64,000 nucleotides of DNA from Camelus dromedarius (taxonomy: Eukaryota). Positions 24,123 through 39,289 of the stretch are shown here, piece after piece. The stretch lies in the NCBI RefSeq assembly GCF_036321535.1, contig NC_087436.1, positions 58,344,001 through 58,408,000 of the forward strand, in the 5' to 3' direction. How positions within the stretch are numbered: position 1 is the stretch's first letter; every line of letters starts with the position of its first letter. The notes under the pieces are model-generated. The model saw nothing but the letters and a program-made list of their open reading frames with translations. It had not been told where the DNA came from and did no database searches. A program made the position numbers and the translations under genes.

Positions 24123-27100
24123 AAGATGGTTTATAGATAATGTTGATGTGGGGAGAAACAGAATAAATTAGCTAGTGTCTATGGCAAAGAAACCAACTTA
24201 TAAAGTAACGGGTGGTTAAGCGAGGATATGGATCCTTCTCTGTTCTAATAGTATCAAACTTGGGAGGCTTATTTAATAGCTGCACTGAAAACCAAATTTA
24301 GGTTCACTCTGTGAGGAACTAAAGAGGTATGGAAAAGCTGTGTTCACTTATTCATATATTATTTATCTTTGTACTCCTTCTTGTTTGTTTACATAAACCA
24401 AAGTAAAAATAAACTTTCAGAGTCTCCATTCTGGCTAATTTTTCAACTGGAACCAGCCCTTCTATTTTCTTAACATGTCAGGTAAAGCAATTTGAAGAAT
24501 CTGTTTCTGTTCTTTAGATCCTCCTATAATAGGTAATTACTGTTTGATAGCATTTCTTCCTTAATAAAATTGATATTTTCTTAAGTTTGTTTTACACCCA
24601 ACTTTGGTCTTTTCTTTCACATATACTATTATGATTAGCATAAGAAACTTTTATGTATGACATACTGCAGAACATAAGTACTGCATACATCGTTTTCACA
24701 CTAAGAAACTTTTAGAATTTTCAGCATGAAAGTAGGAAGGCTAATCTCTTCATGGCTATTCTCCATCATCTAGAAGAATAACCCACAAGTTTTCATGCAA
24801 ATATGCTGTTACAAAATTTGAGAACACAGAAGAGGTTCAACCAAGGTAACAGTCTAATGCCAGTGTCAATGTTAAGAATCTGTTTACAAGCAAGAAAGTG
24901 AACTTAATAAATTTTGTTGCACCTTATATGAAGAAAGAATGTGCTAACTGAAGAAAAATGGTCTACCTATATGCTGATTACAGAAACAGATCTAAAGGTT
25001 GAGAATTTGACAAGTACTAGCAAGTATTTTCCAGGAGTGTTAATGGCTCTGTACACTTAAGTACTTTGTGTACTGGAGAGCACTGGCTGTGGGACAGAAA
25101 TGGATTTATTCTTTCAAACCTCAAGCTCAAGGTATTATCCTTTCAGATTATCTTTCTTCCCCATTGTCCCTAAATGCTTTGTCATTGGTTATTTAGTTTT
25201 CTTAAGTACTAATCAGGAAAGAAACATTCAGGTGATGGATTAAAACTATTTTGGTAACTACATGGGAATAATGGATTAGGATTTTTATTTATAAAGTAAT
25301 CTCTTCCAAGATTATTAATGTGAGTCCACTTAAATGAAAATATTTTTGAGTATTCATTAATCTTTTTGAAGTATTCTAAATTCTGTAACTGTAAAGCTGA
25401 AAACCAGTTTGTTTTGATTCCCCACCAAAGTAATGTAATTGCTAACACATGAAGCTCTATTTAAGCAACCAATGAGTTTCTTATATAACATCCTTCCCCA
25501 ATATTCCCTTCCCTCATTTCTCTCTCCTTTAAAAAGGGGATATCAATGTTACTATCAATTGTTGCTTTTAAAAAGCATGCAAATGGCAATAACTAAATCA
25601 AAACTACTTCCAAGGTAGTGACTTCAATGGCAATGATATTTATTTTTGATATGAAAGCTTTGAAATGCCATATTATTTTACTTTCATAGCATATAATTTT
25701 ATTTCTTACATAACTTTGGTATTAAATTCATACCCCATGTTCTTTAAAAGCAAATCCACTTTTATTTTTTCATCCACATGAGATTGTAATTTGTTAGAAC
25801 AGAGCTGCATGGTACCAAAAAAATCAAGGAGAAAGTAGTATAGAAACAACCAGAGCGTTTTTAATGTCACTACCAGATAGTGTTTCAAATTGTTGAGAAG
25901 CTACTATTCATTGTTCTCCATATATTTCTTCCAAGTGTAAATAAGTTATAACTAACTCACAAAATTACTAACAATACCTGGAAACAGTACATGCTAACAA
26001 CTTCATTACCCCTACCATGACAATAAAATCCTTCCTAATCATTCCAACCCAGTAACAGGAAAAGAAAACTTAGTGAAATTGGTTTGTGTAACAGCATATG
26101 GTTAACAATTACAGAAATGTTTCAAAATGCACTAAAATTTTAAAATCATCACAATCTCATCATAGAAAGTAGTCCTAATACCACATATCACTCTAAGCAT
26201 ACATTTACTCTGTCACCCTCTATGGAAGACAATTTCTTGTGAACTCTCCCATGCAATGAAAATCAATAAATCACATACTAAAATTCTGAGAAATGTGTCA
26301 CTTCTGGGAGGAGTATTAATCTGAGGACTTGTGTTTTAAAGAACTCTTTCTTTTGTCAATTAGAGTCATTATTTTTAGAAGATGACATAAACAATACAGG
26401 GATAAGATAAAAGTTGTTATATGCAAGTTCTAAAAAGATAATTTATGAAAATGTATATTTTGAAGCAAAATAATATGGAGCACACAAAAATTGAAATGTA
26501 CATACATAGCACATTACTTTTTTTCTATACACCATCAATTTGTCAGCAGCTTATAGTACTGAATTTCCAATTATCAAATAAAAGATGTCAGGAAATGGGC
26601 TGCAGTATCCTAATAATAAATTGTTGTACTATTTCTTTCAAACAGTACAAGAAAGGTTTGCTTTTAATTAAGACCCAAATTTTAGAAAAGAAAAAGTGGT
26701 TATTCAGGGACATTTGAAAAGCTGGTGGTAAGGAATGGCTACAAAGCATTCCTCATCTGAATCATCTATCGGTATCACACTAACCAATGTGAATCATATT
26801 CTTGGATTCTTGTTGTATTTTTTTGCTTGTGTGCCTTCCTAGGGTCTGGACTGTCACTTAATTTTTTTCCCTTTAATCTCTTCACTTACATTTTTTTGTC
26901 TGTTACTTCTCAAATACAAGCTGAATTTGATGATGCTGTTTTTTCCTGATTCACATTTTTTCATTATTTTTCTGCTCCACTAAAATACGTATATACTCAT
27001 ACCATAAAATTGTTGAATAGATATGCAAGATCCTCTTAATGCTTTAAAAGTATATGTTTGTACTTTATATGGTACCAGCTTAAATTATACCACTGTGTAT

Positions 27101-29172
27101 TTATTTGACTAAATTACAATTAGGATGGGTAAAATGTTTAAAATAAAGCATGCCTCCTTTTAATTCCAAAGTTAATTTTATCTATAGCCGACAGAAAAAG
27201 AAAGAAACAGGAAGAGAGTTCTATTTTTCCTCAGTTTAGTTATGTGAGATTAATTAATTTTTTTTTTTTTGAGAAAAAGCTGATAGTCTTCTCTTGACAC
27301 AGGCTTTGATAAAGGAGTCTCCCTCATTGTCATTCAGAGCATTTTCATTTTGTTCTGAATATAATTAGTTGAAATTTGTATCTGAAGATCTGTGCATGCT
27401 CCGGCAAATTGAAATAACTTGTAGATGTGAATCTTTGTTCAGACATGTAAAATACAGTGGTAGGAGAAAGAAAACTGACTCTGATTCTGTAAATTTTATC
27501 TCCAAACAGCTGTGGAGTATGCTAATATACTGTGACTGTTTATGACATCATTTAGTTATTAGGCTAATAATTCATTTCTTCCTACATGTTTACATTAAAA
27601 AGAAGTTTTAGTCTTTATTATAATTATTATAAAATATTAAATCTAAAGTTAAAAATGCCATATATGGTTAAAATTGTATTAAATATATCTGTAAGTCATA
27701 TGGTCTGAGTCCATGAGAATATAATTGATTAAACAAATGATACTCATTCAGAGTAGAGTGCTCACGATTTAAGTAGCAATTTAAGCAGGACAGTCCTTAT
27801 TTTTGTTATGCTAGTAGCTAGACGGTCATTTCAGTAGTTAGTGATGAATGCTTTTAATTCTTCTATTAAAATACTTCATTTCATTAAAATGTGGATCCCC
27901 ATATGTATAACTTTGGCACCATATTCGTCAGAAAGAAATGTTCAAAGGAAATAAGTGTGTCTGCTGAGCACACAGTGAAGCCAGAAAAAGGATTGCACAG
28001 GGATTTCGATTAGCCATGCTGGTAAAGGCAAAGCTGAAGTCCCATTAGGTCTGGCCCAGACAGCATTTGTGTTTGGAGGAGCTGAGTAAATCACATTAAT
28101 TAATGTTCACAACTTTCTTTGGTGAAAGAGGCTGGGTGTCAGAGAGTAGACAGGCATTTCCTTTTTATCTGTACATTATGCAAGCCCACCCAGGTCCCTG
28201 GGCCACTGAGAAGGAAGCAAAAAGAGCTGAAGCAAAAATAAGTGCTCTTTTAGTCTCAAAGCAAAAAGAAGCATTTCTCATTTCGATCATTCCTTTCATT
28301 AGAACGTTTGATTTTAGATGTCTGTATATGTGTTTGTATATGTATGTATGCCTTTCCTTCTAGCAAATTCCAACAGGAAGAATTATCAAAGGAGTACTAT
28401 AGTTTTATTTTGTACAGTCCAGTTGTTTCTATACTACTGTCTTTCTCACTTTTGGAGGCATGTGACTCTGCCCTAACACATTACAATTTCATGTGGATGT
28501 AGAAATAAAAACAGATATGCTATAAAGTACATAGTGTATGAATTGAATACTAAAGTTATATATGGAACAAAATTATGTGTTATGAAAGTAAAATATGACA
28601 CTTCATAAGTTTATTGTTTTTATTGCATATCTTTTGTCTGTATTGTTGATTACTTTTAGCATATCAGAATTTTCTCTAAAACACATACAGATATATACAC
28701 ACCAATAGACAGTAAAAAGAATCTCCCTTTTTCACTCCAAAATGATTTGCTGTCCTGCAACAAAAACAGATAAAATGTGGAATGTGCTTAAAATTCAAGC
28801 TGAAAACTCCAGAATGTCCCTTTGGGTCAGCAAAAGACACTTTTATAAATTTTAAGTGTATCTGTGTTCATACTTTCATTTAGCAGTTAATCACTTACTA
28901 AAGTGTCTCAGAAACAAGATGTTGTTATAATGCCATACCTGAGTAGAATGTGATGTGTTCCATGAATCACACTAAACTGTGGTAAGTCTTCCTCCATGTA
29001 ATTTCTCCAGGTACTCAGTAGCAAGATGCAGAAAATTTGCCATTTCACATCTGAACTCTAATAATACACTCCTAGCTGTAAACTGACTCAAACTGATCCT
29101 CTACCTACTTACTACCAGATTCAAATATAATAATGCCATTCATGTGTTTAAGAATCTTCAGTGTATGGACAA

Positions 29173-29529
29173 TCTTGTGGACTGAATGTTTGTTTCCCCA
29201 CAAAACGCATATATTAAAGCCCCAAACCCTAATGTGATGGTATTAGGAAGTGAGGCCTTTGGGAGATAATCAGATTTGGATGAGATCATGAAGGTAGGGC
29301 CCCCATGATGGGATTAGTGCCCTTATAAAAGCTTCTCTTTCTGCCACGTGAGAATGAAACAAGAAGGCAGCTGATTGAAAGCAGGGAAGATGGCTCTCCC
29401 CAAGAACCAAGTCGGCCAGCTTCTTGATCTCAGATTCCCCAGCTTCCTGAACCACAAGAAATAAATGTCTGCATTTTAAATCACCTGGTCTATAGTATTT
29501 TGTTATAGCAGCCCAAGATGACCAAGACA
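29173..29529 (+). mobile_element. MaLR solo LTR (MLT1A-like)
   Basis: 'tggactgaatgtttgt...taatgtgatggtattaggaagtgaggcctttgggag...catgatgggattagtgcccttataa...aataaatgtctg...gtattttgttatagcagccc...aagaca'. Confidence 0.9.
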
Positions 29530-31229
29530 AACAGCATTTTATCTGTCACCTTTGAGAAACAACTGTTTGGCACTAACACTATCATCTTTCTAATCAAACT
29601 ATATCATCTTTCTTAGTCATTCCATCCCTAAGAATATCAGGTATTCGGATTCAATATCTGGAATATATTGTTGTTATTTCCTTAAAAAGAATTCTCAAGT
29701 ATCTGTCTTTATGACATACCTAATCTAAAGAAGAGCTATTAACCATCCTAGTACCCAATAAAGGAATAAGAATATTATCACATAGATATCACAAATATAC
29801 CACAAAGTCAATCTATATTTTTGGACATAAACCCATAGAGACCTGTCCAAAAAAGTGACAATGTCATTCCCACTGAATCTACTGGCTCAATATTGTTTTA
29901 GAGTTATTGGGTATCCAGAAATTACAGCATATATAATAGATCCTCATTAAAGTAAGTGGAAGTTCAAATTCAAATTTCAGATTAACCTAATATATTTGAT
30001 AAAAAAGTAGAATATACTTTAATATAACAATAAAATATACTATTTTTCATGGGACTTAAAGTGAATATGCCCAAGTATACGGGGTACAACCAGCCAAAGA
30101 ATACAAGTGGAAACCAGTGATTGAGAAGTCTAGCATTATTTGTGATATATTCATTTGTAGTAATTCAGTATAAAAATATGTGACTTTATGTGTATGTGCA
30201 TCTAAAACTTTTTCAGTTCAAGAAAAAAGTGCTTAAGTAAATGATTATATTTACTTAATCATTGAGTATTGAGAGCTTGTAGTTAGGTAGTTATTGTGTT
30301 TACATTTTGACAGCATATATAATTGTTTTAAAAGGGAGGTTTGTATTTCTGGATCATTTACCTTATAGTCTTAAGTGCAGAAGTAGCTGGGCAATTCATA
30401 CATTGGGGTCAAATCTCCAGGTCTCTGCTTCCTGCCACAAATGTCCACCTCCATATGTTGAGTCAACACTCACCTCCATAATATGTCCTTTCCTAGACTC
30501 CTACATCAGCACTTCATTCTCCCAGCAATTCTACTGTCACTGGTACTTTTCCTGCTACCTCTTTCTCTGGGACCCCTGGAATTTCTGTTCCATTAAAACC
30601 AGCAGTTACACCAACAATCTTATCTCCTTCATAACTGAAATAATTGCTCATTTTAACCTTAACTGAAACTGGAATTATGAGGAAGCAAGGATACTAGATA
30701 ATATCAAATTATCATCCCCTTATTGACTCTCTCTTTAAAGTGGAAGCTGCCAAAATTTCCCCAAGGCCCTAAAGGAAATCAGCATTTTATCTTCCACACA
30801 CAGATATCTTATATCACATTGCTCTTTTGAAATCAACACTGACCCCATTAAAACTATCAAAATAGTTTTAATGCACCCACAATTTCATTTATGTGTATTT
30901 GTTATTACTGCCTAATGTAATTTGCAGCCACTGAGGACTCTGTCACATAGAGCAACTTCCATGTGGAAGATAATAGTGGGAACTCGTAGAAGAAAATATT
31001 CAATATTTTATGTACCACTTATTTAAAAAACTAAAATAAACAAAAAATACACTACCTTACAGATCCATGGAATCATCACAGATAATTGCAGTATCATTCC
31101 TTTCTCATGACCAAAACTTGATTCTTGCGAGGACTCAGAACTCTATTATCTGAAGTCACTTAGCAATTATTATAGAACTATAATTAAAGTACAGGATAGG
31201 TCTACCATACCAAACAGCCAAGCTCAAAC

Positions 31230-31575
31230 TACAGACATGAAACGTCATAAAGAGACCTCTCTTTCTGCTCCTTCAATCCATATCCAGTAAGTGTAATGTT
31301 AAATCATGGCATTAAATCTAAAAACTTTTCTAACTTCTGCCATTCCCTTGATCTCTTCGAATTCATTATTAATTATTCTCCATGGGTCTTCCTGCTCCAG
31401 CCAAAACAATCTGCCTGGACTTCAATTTCCCATAACCTTCCTTAATATACCTATAATTGAACTATTTATTTAGCCATCTGTTTTCTTGATAGTGCACTCT
31501 CTAAGACATTTTTGGATCTACAGCACTTAGCAAAGTCTCAGACCAATACACAGTACTCAATGTTTGCTGAATAAA
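31230..31575 (+). mobile_element. L2 3' relic
   Basis: 'tcaatccatatccagtaagtg...' and terminal 'ctacagcacttagcaaagtctcagacc...agtactcaatgtttgctgaataa'. Confidence 0.5.
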
Positions 31576-31759
31576 ATATTTAATAAATCATAAATGCTGA
31601 GGGGTGCTTATAAAATAGAAAGCTTTCAACAGCACATTTGACATTGGGTTCATCAGTTTTATTTGTATTAATTAAGCACAGGTAACGAACTAATACTTAT
31701 TCATTCATGTTGAGGCAATTTTCTTTGCCAAATCAGCAAACAGTTTGTAAAGGCAAAAC

Positions 31760-31790
<31 letters not shown>

Positions 31791-32164
31791 CACCAGACTG
31801 TACCATGGAATCGGGGGGGGGGGGACAGAAATAATACTTTTGTAAATATATTCTTCACATATACCAAATAACACTTCTTTTTTTTTTTTTTTGATAAAGT
31901 ACTAGAGACTTACTGAGTAGTAAAACAACTACTGCTGAACATTAAATAAATTCTTTCCATCCCCTTTGGGCTTTGTTTATCTAACTAGGTATTTGGTTAA
32001 TGAAACCAATAGACAGCTTTGCAAAATCACAGACATGAAAATGAGGCAGATAATAAAAACTGGGGCTGCAAAAAAAAATCAGAGCAAAAAATTTCAAAAT
32101 AAACTGTTCTTTGTCATGTATCTCTCCAAGGTAAAGCATTAAGACTATTTCACTCAGATTCTCC

Positions 32165-32824
32165 TGTTAAACATTATTTCTAGGTACTTCTGTGAAGGAA
32201 TTTCTGGGTGAGATAGAATTTGAATTGGTAAACTAAGTAAAGCAGACTGCCTTCCCCAAAACGGGCAGGCATCATTCAATCCCTTGAAGGTCTAAATAGA
32301 ACAAAAAGGTAGAGGAATGGAGAATTTACATTCTCTGAATGTTTAAACTGGAATATCTTTCTTCTGCCCTCAGATAGAGACTTCTTCACCATAGATTCTC
32401 CAGTCATAAGGTCTATGGACTTGGCATGAACTTACACAATCAGTTCTCCTGATTCTCATGCCTTCAAACTTGGACAGGAACTACAATACCAGTTGTCCTA
32501 GGTCTCCAACGGATCCTGGAACTTCTCTGTCTCCATAATCATGTGAGCCAATTCCTTACAATAAATCATAAATCTTTTCACATATAGATACATAAAAGAG
32601 AGATATATATATCTATGATATACATCTATAATATACCACAGATACATATCAATTTATGTATCATGCTATAGACATGATATATAGGATTTATATATATCCT
32701 ATTCATAGATATATATGATTCACATATATCCTACTGATATATATCAATATATATCTATATCTATGACTACCTATATACATACGTATTTCTGCTTCTGTTT
32801 CTCGGGAGAACACAATGACTAATA
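32165..32824 (+). mobile_element. ERVL solo LTR (MLT2-like) with an internal TA-rich expansion
   Basis: 'aaacattatttctaggt...tgaattggtaaactaagtaaagcagactgccttcccc...ggtctaaatagaacaaaaagg...ctccataatcatgtgagccaattcc...ttctgtttctcgggagaac...gactaata'. Confidence 0.88.
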
Positions 32825-33935
32825 AAATGGGTTATATATGTAAATCTAAAAGCTAAGGTTATAAAAACTGAAGTTATTATATTTCCAGAAGAAAACATAA
32901 ATATATTCATGATGTCAGAAGAGGCAAATATTAATTAGACAGGACACAAATGGTAATAATTTTAGAAGAAAAAAGATTAACTTCAATTTATCAAAATTTA
33001 AAACTACTTCCCACTAAAGACTTATTAAAAATGTGAAATATTCAACAATACAACAACAGAAAAAGGAAACACTTCCAGAATATATTTTTGAAAACACCTA
33101 TAAATCTATAAAGAAAATGAAAATAATCTAATTTTTAAAATATTTTTGGCTAAAGATTTGAAAGGCACTTTATAACAGCAAATATCTGATTGACCAGGTA
33201 TCATATTTAAAAGGTCCAATATTATTAGCTATGGGTGAATTGCAGATTAAAACTTCAATGAGATACCACACTCATTGAAATGCTACTGTTAAAAAGACTG
33301 ACAATAACAAGTTATGTTAGGGATGTGGTACACCTTAACCTCTCATACAAAGCTGGTGGGAGTTAAGAGCACAGCCACTACAGAAAACTCTTTTGCAGTT
33401 TCTACCCTCTGATCCAGCAATTCTACTCCTAGGGTACTCAACTTCAAGAGAAATGAATGCACTTTTTCCACGAGGACTTTTCCAAAGATGTTCATGGAGC
33501 TTTATTCATAATAGCTCCAAACTAGAAATAACATAAATGTCCATCAACAGAGGATAGGAAAAACATCCTGTGATCTATTCCTATAATGAAATACCACTCA
33601 GCCATAAAAAGAAACATGCTATTGATATACTTAAAAACACGGACACATCTCAAAAACATGATGAATGAAAGAAACCAGATGCAAAATAATACATGCTAAG
33701 TACAAGAACACACCAAAATAATCTGTGACGATAAAAAAATAAGATTAGTATTTGCCTGTGTGTGAGAAAATGTGGGAGTGAGGAGCTTTAGCAGAAAGGG
33801 GCACAAGGAGACTTTCTGGAGTACTACACATGTATATTCTGATCTTCATATTACTTGGGTATATAGATTTATCATAATTCATCAAGCTATAAACAATATT
33901 TGTATAAAATCTGTTAAGTATACATCAATAAACTA
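32825..33935 (+). mobile_element. Ancient L1 3' region (L1ME/MC-like)
   Basis: 'aatgagataccacac...aaaaagactgacaataacaag...gatccagcaattctactcctaggg...aaatgtccatcaacag...gggcacaaggagactttctgg'. Confidence 0.85.
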
Positions 33936-34049
33936 CTATTAAGAAAAATCAAAAGAGACAAGGGAACCAATTATTTTTATGAAATAATCTTTTCAAATAA
34001 CAAGGAAACAACCTAAATCTGACCACTTTTCATTTGATGGACAACCACC

Positions 34050-34465
34050 AATATACAGGTAATACAGAAAACAGAGGAACATGATAAACATCACCACAGT
34101 TATACAATCAGAATGATACTGTATGAAACTCTGCAGGAAAAACTATTCAGTTCCACCAGTAAATATATCCAACAGAAAAAGGAGAGATTTTAATTTAAAA
34201 ATTAAAACAGGTATATGATATATATCAACTGATTACATTATAGAGATACTATGTGAATTTTATTCAAACAAATGCTTAAAATTTATATTTAAGTTATTTA
34301 TAAAAACAATAATGCACTTATGGCAAAATTAGAAGTTTAAATACTGACTAAATGTTTGATTACATTAGGAAAATATTCTTTATTGTGATGCTATTATAAT
34401 TATTGTAATTACATTTTTAACAGAAAATTAAATCCTTCAGAGACATATACTCAAATGTTTACATA
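34050..34465 (+). mobile_element. Ancient L1 3'UTR fragment (L1ME-like)
   Basis: 'tttaaatactgactaaatgtttgattacattaggaa...cagagacatatactcaaatgtttac'. Confidence 0.5.
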
Positions 34466-35163
34466 AACATATAATTTTAAAATTCCTTTATAAAAAGTAA
34501 AGAAATTCACTGAAACATCTGGATGAAAGTTATTCTATAATGAGGAAAGCAAAAGAGATAAAAATAATCATGCAAAATATCTATTGCACATGAATCATAA
34601 ACATCCTATTCTGTTTGATGACTTATATGGACACAGAACTAATCATTTGTGTTCTGATAAATCTGAATGGGGTTTTCTGAAGTAGAGAAATGGTATTATA
34701 TTACCTTATGGATAACCTTGCAAAAAATGTGAACATGTTATTTTTTTCTAGCAGAAATAAGCATCTGAAGTCTTTTTGATCTAAAAAATCAATCATAAAT
34801 TGTTAAACAGGAAAAAATGCCTTTAAAGATACTGAAGACATGTGGTAATTTGGTCATGCATTTGTTCAAGAAACAGGAGTCTAGTTCCTCACCAAACAGA
34901 AAGCTGAATGATTACCATAAAAATATATGACATCTATAAAAGTTAATATCTGTAACACCAAAAGCTGGCAAATGTAAGAGCAGAATAAAAATGAAAGCTT
35001 CTGCTTCACAACTTCTATTTGCTTCATAATCCAGAAGCAATTTCTTGCAGAGCTTTAAGGTTTTGTTCCAAATATTTCATATTGATTATTTTTGTGAGAT
35101 TCAATTTATTTATTACTTTGGAGAAGGAAATTCATATCAATTAGGAAAATTAATGTAAATGGT

Positions 35164-35164
35164 A

Positions 35165-35205
<41 letters not shown>

Positions 35206-35220
35206 ATAGATATAGATATA
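35164..35220. repeat. Compound (TG)n(TA)n microsatellite
   Basis: Direct reading. Confidence 0.95.
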
Positions 35221-36132
35221 ATTAATATACACATGTTTATGTATATTCTTTATTTCCATTAGAACCATACTTTGGTAAACTATACTGTTTATTTGTTTAC
35301 ATGTGTATACACATATACATTTAAATCATGGTTATAAAACTTAAAAAGTTAAATCTCTTTCCAGTGAAGTTAACACTGTTTAATATCAAGCATCTCTGCA
35401 ATTTACTCTAAATGCCAATACTACCTTCATACAGAAGCAACATACTATATTCTATTATTATTTTATAGTGGAAAAATATCAACCAAGATCTAGGTCTAGA
35501 TTTCTGGCTCTCACAATAACTGCTTGCAATGTAAAGTATATTTCTTAATGTATTTGTAAGCTAGTGAGTTAAATAAATTTATGTGGATGGGTAGGTGTGT
35601 GGGCACATCACAGGTATCAAATTATGCCCAACACTGTAACTACTATAAACACCACAGTACCTGATTTTTCTTAAGCAAGTATATACAGCAACTCATTAAT
35701 AATCATATTATATGAATTTTGAGAAAAATACACTGACTGTTTCTCATTAGATCAAATATTTCATCAAATGAAGACCTCAACTTTGTTCAATTATCATACA
35801 ATTTGAAATATCTTGAAATCAAGCCATATATTAGTTACACAATCAAAGATGTTTTTCAATTTGATGATAAAATAATTTCATATTCCTTTTATTATAAGAA
35901 AAATTTCATCTTACATGGTCTATATATATGTTATACATATGGCACTTATAAAGAAAAAATGAAATATTGAAATTAAGAGTGTTAGTTTGTTCCTCTCCAA
36001 CATACCAGGCACATCCTCAAGTCCCTAATTCACCAAAGAAACTGATGGGAATAAATGTAGAATAGAAGAAGGAACATAAAATCAGTACTCAGGAAAATTC
36101 TCTAGTTACAAAATTTTGGATGAGTTTTTTCG

Positions 36133-36232
36133 TTCCTTCCTTCCTTTCTTCCTTCTTTTCCTCCTTTTGTTCCCTCCTCCCTTCCTTCCATTTCTCCTTC
36201 TTTCCTTCCTTTCTTCCTTCCTTCCTTCCTCT
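36133..36232. repeat. Degenerate (TTCC)n polypyrimidine repeat
   Basis: Direct reading. Confidence 0.9.
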
Positions 36233-37299
36233 CTATGTACATACACTCTATTTTAAAAATAGATCTAATTTAACAGCATTTATTACAGTGACTTAAAAAT
36301 AGAAGAAGTACCATGTAATATGTAAATACTGGGGGGGAAATACCTTTCATTCTCATCTCATATCAGAATTGTTAAGTGTAAGTACTTGAAAGAATCTGAT
36401 AGAGGCCACATTGTCTAGTTCCCTCCTTTAGATAAAAGGAGATTAGTAAGAGATTTATCAGTTAAATCCTAACTTTTTTATTCTCCATATGATTCTTGTT
36501 GTGCTTCACTCTTTGACTTCCCATGTTTTATGTTTAGCTGTCATTATGAGATCCTTCCCTGAAAATTTTAATTACCTAAATATCAGACAATATTTTATTA
36601 CATTCTGTAATCCAAGCAGAGATCTCTTCACTTTAGGCATATTTGGGGCTTCGGCCTCTACATCATTTTTTCCAAAATGGATCTTTAGTGTCACTTATCA
36701 GTTTGATCTATGGGTTAACATTACTTTTTCATGCAACTGAACAGCACCATATCACACAATTCATTCAGTAGACCATTCCTTCAGCAGAATGTTAAATACA
36801 TCTGAAAAAATGGCTCAATTTGAAAAATCTTGCTAGCCTTGTGTTTGAAGAAAACATTAAAAGGTTTTTTAAACTGGAACTTTTAGGGTATTTTACAAGA
36901 AACTTTGAATCTTGTAAGGTTTCATACTATATGCAACACTACTTTTTTTGGTGAGGTACCTCCTTTATTCTCTATACAGGGTATGAGACATAGTGTTCTG
37001 ATAGTACACTTAGAGTAAAACCTGATTAAAAGGAAAATATTCTATAAAAAGCTAGTATTACTTAAGGTTTAGATACAATTAACGCAGTTAAATACATGCA
37101 TATTTTGTATTTCATATGCCACTGGCAGATATTAGAACAAATGTGTCTAAATGTGTTTTGTATGTTGTGTCAGCAGAAGTGTTTGTGTTAGGAAACATAA
37201 AATTCAAAAAGGTCTGATTTTTCATATACACACACATGCATGTATTTTAATGAGTATGAACTGCCAAATTGAAGCACATGTAATTATTATTATAAAAAC

Positions 37300-37545
37300 T
37301 ATTACTTATCAGACACTCTTCTGGGTAGTTTCACATATAATTTCATTTTATAACATCTTTGTGTGATAGTTGTTATCAGAAAGCTATGTGATTATCTTCA
37401 TGCTGTGTAGGCGAAAACAGAGATTCACAGATAACCAAATTGCTCACTCAAAATCTCTAAAAATCTCTGGTTACGGTGGCAGAACACAACCAGAATCTAG
37501 ATCTCTATGAGTTTCAGGTTTATCGCATTTCTGTTGCACTATTTC
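37300..37545 (-). mobile_element. MIR relic
   Basis: 'tcacatataatttcattttataacatctttgtgtgatag...gaaaacagagattcacaga...gtggcagaac...agaatctagatct'. Confidence 0.6.
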
Positions 37546-39289
37546 AATATCCTATGGAAAAGCAATGGAAGTACCCTAAGCAAGAAAACAGAGATAATAA
37601 GTCAACTCCATTAATCTTTGTTTTTATACTAACTAGAAAAAAATCTTAAATATATTATCTGAAAAGTAGTAATAGCCTAATTCATATTCTAGAAATGCTA
37701 TTTTGGTTAGGCAGTGGAAGAAAAAATAGGTTCCACTGTTAAAGCACATAAAATCTCTCTAAAGAGCACTAGTTATTGACACATTCTAAAATTAAGTGAT
37801 GCCTAGAAAATTAAGAGGGAAGAGTTTCATTACTGTCTGGTTTACAAATTGAAAATATAATCATAAAATACTATTACTGGAGCCATAAAAAGTTAGCTGG
37901 CCTGGGAAATTGAAATAAATTATGCATAGTTATCAAATATGACTGCAAAATTTGCTTATGATGATCTTAAATCTAATGATAAAGAAATATTTGGAAATCA
38001 GAAAAGTATTTTGTAATAAATATTTTATTTATAAGAAAACTAAACAAATAAAACTAAAATTATAATATAAAATATTAAAGATTTGCTATTTAAGGATGTT
38101 GGATGTTTCAAATGAAGATATTAAACTTCTCTGAGACCAAAAAGATAGTTTAAGAGTAACAAATCTCCCTTCCAGACAGATTCTTAATTTCATTGGACGT
38201 TATATATTTTATTTGTTTTATGAGTCCTATCTGTTTATCATTGCATTGCAAATTTCAAGCAATTTTTATTCTCTTTTAATCTTATTTCCCTATTTATGAG
38301 CACTATGGAATTGTTTTCCTTAATGCTCTTGAATTTGTTTATCATTTATAAGACCCTTGCTATTCACAGAGAACTCAGTTAATTAAAATATCAAACGTTT
38401 TGGAAGAACAGCTAACTACTGTTAACTGCTTTACATAATTCATTATTTTATTCCTTATTACTAGTATTAGTACCACTTTACAAATAATGGAAATGAAGTG
38501 CAAATGGTACAGTAAATTCCCAGTTACAAGACAAGTATGCAGTGAAACAGTAATCAAATCCAGGTTTCCTGTTTCAGCTGTTCTCTGACTCAAGCTTCCA
38601 CACTGAGTTAGCCTGGTAAATGCTAAAATGTGAGCAACAGCATGTGTCCCAGGTTACAATTTAAAGATTTACTTTAAACAAACCAACTATCTATTCTATA
38701 AAGTTTCACCAAATGGAAAATAAATTTGTAAACAGTCAAGCTGCAATGAATCTAAAAATGATGTGACACTAGGCATTACAACAAAATATTATGTTAGCTG
38801 TACATGTCAAGAGATCATAATAAAAAACAAAACTTTTGAGAATTTTGACCTAAAAGCTCTGAAACTCACCTCAGATGAAAAGCAGTAATGCCTATTGTGA
38901 GCTTTCTAAATTTCCAATTTGCACTTACTTGTTTCTAACGATCCCTATTCCCCACATTACCTTAGCTGGAATTTAGTATCATGATATTCCCAGATACTGG
39001 TCTCTTTTAAAAACATAGATTATTGGTAAACTTGGAAACAACTGTAACATACGCTAGGAAAGAAAATAATCTGAACTAGCATCATTAAACAAATCCTCTA
39101 CTAATATTGGAATAAAAGCCTATGTTTCAGCTAGAAGCCAGATGCCAGGGCTGGTTTCCCTCCAAAGCAACAGCAAATATGCTAAGTGATCAGGGTTTTA
39201 AAGGTCTATGGAAGTTCAATGTCCTCGATCCTTCTATCTTGTGTTTCCTCAGTCACTAAAACAATCCACTTAAATTTTCATTTATTGCA

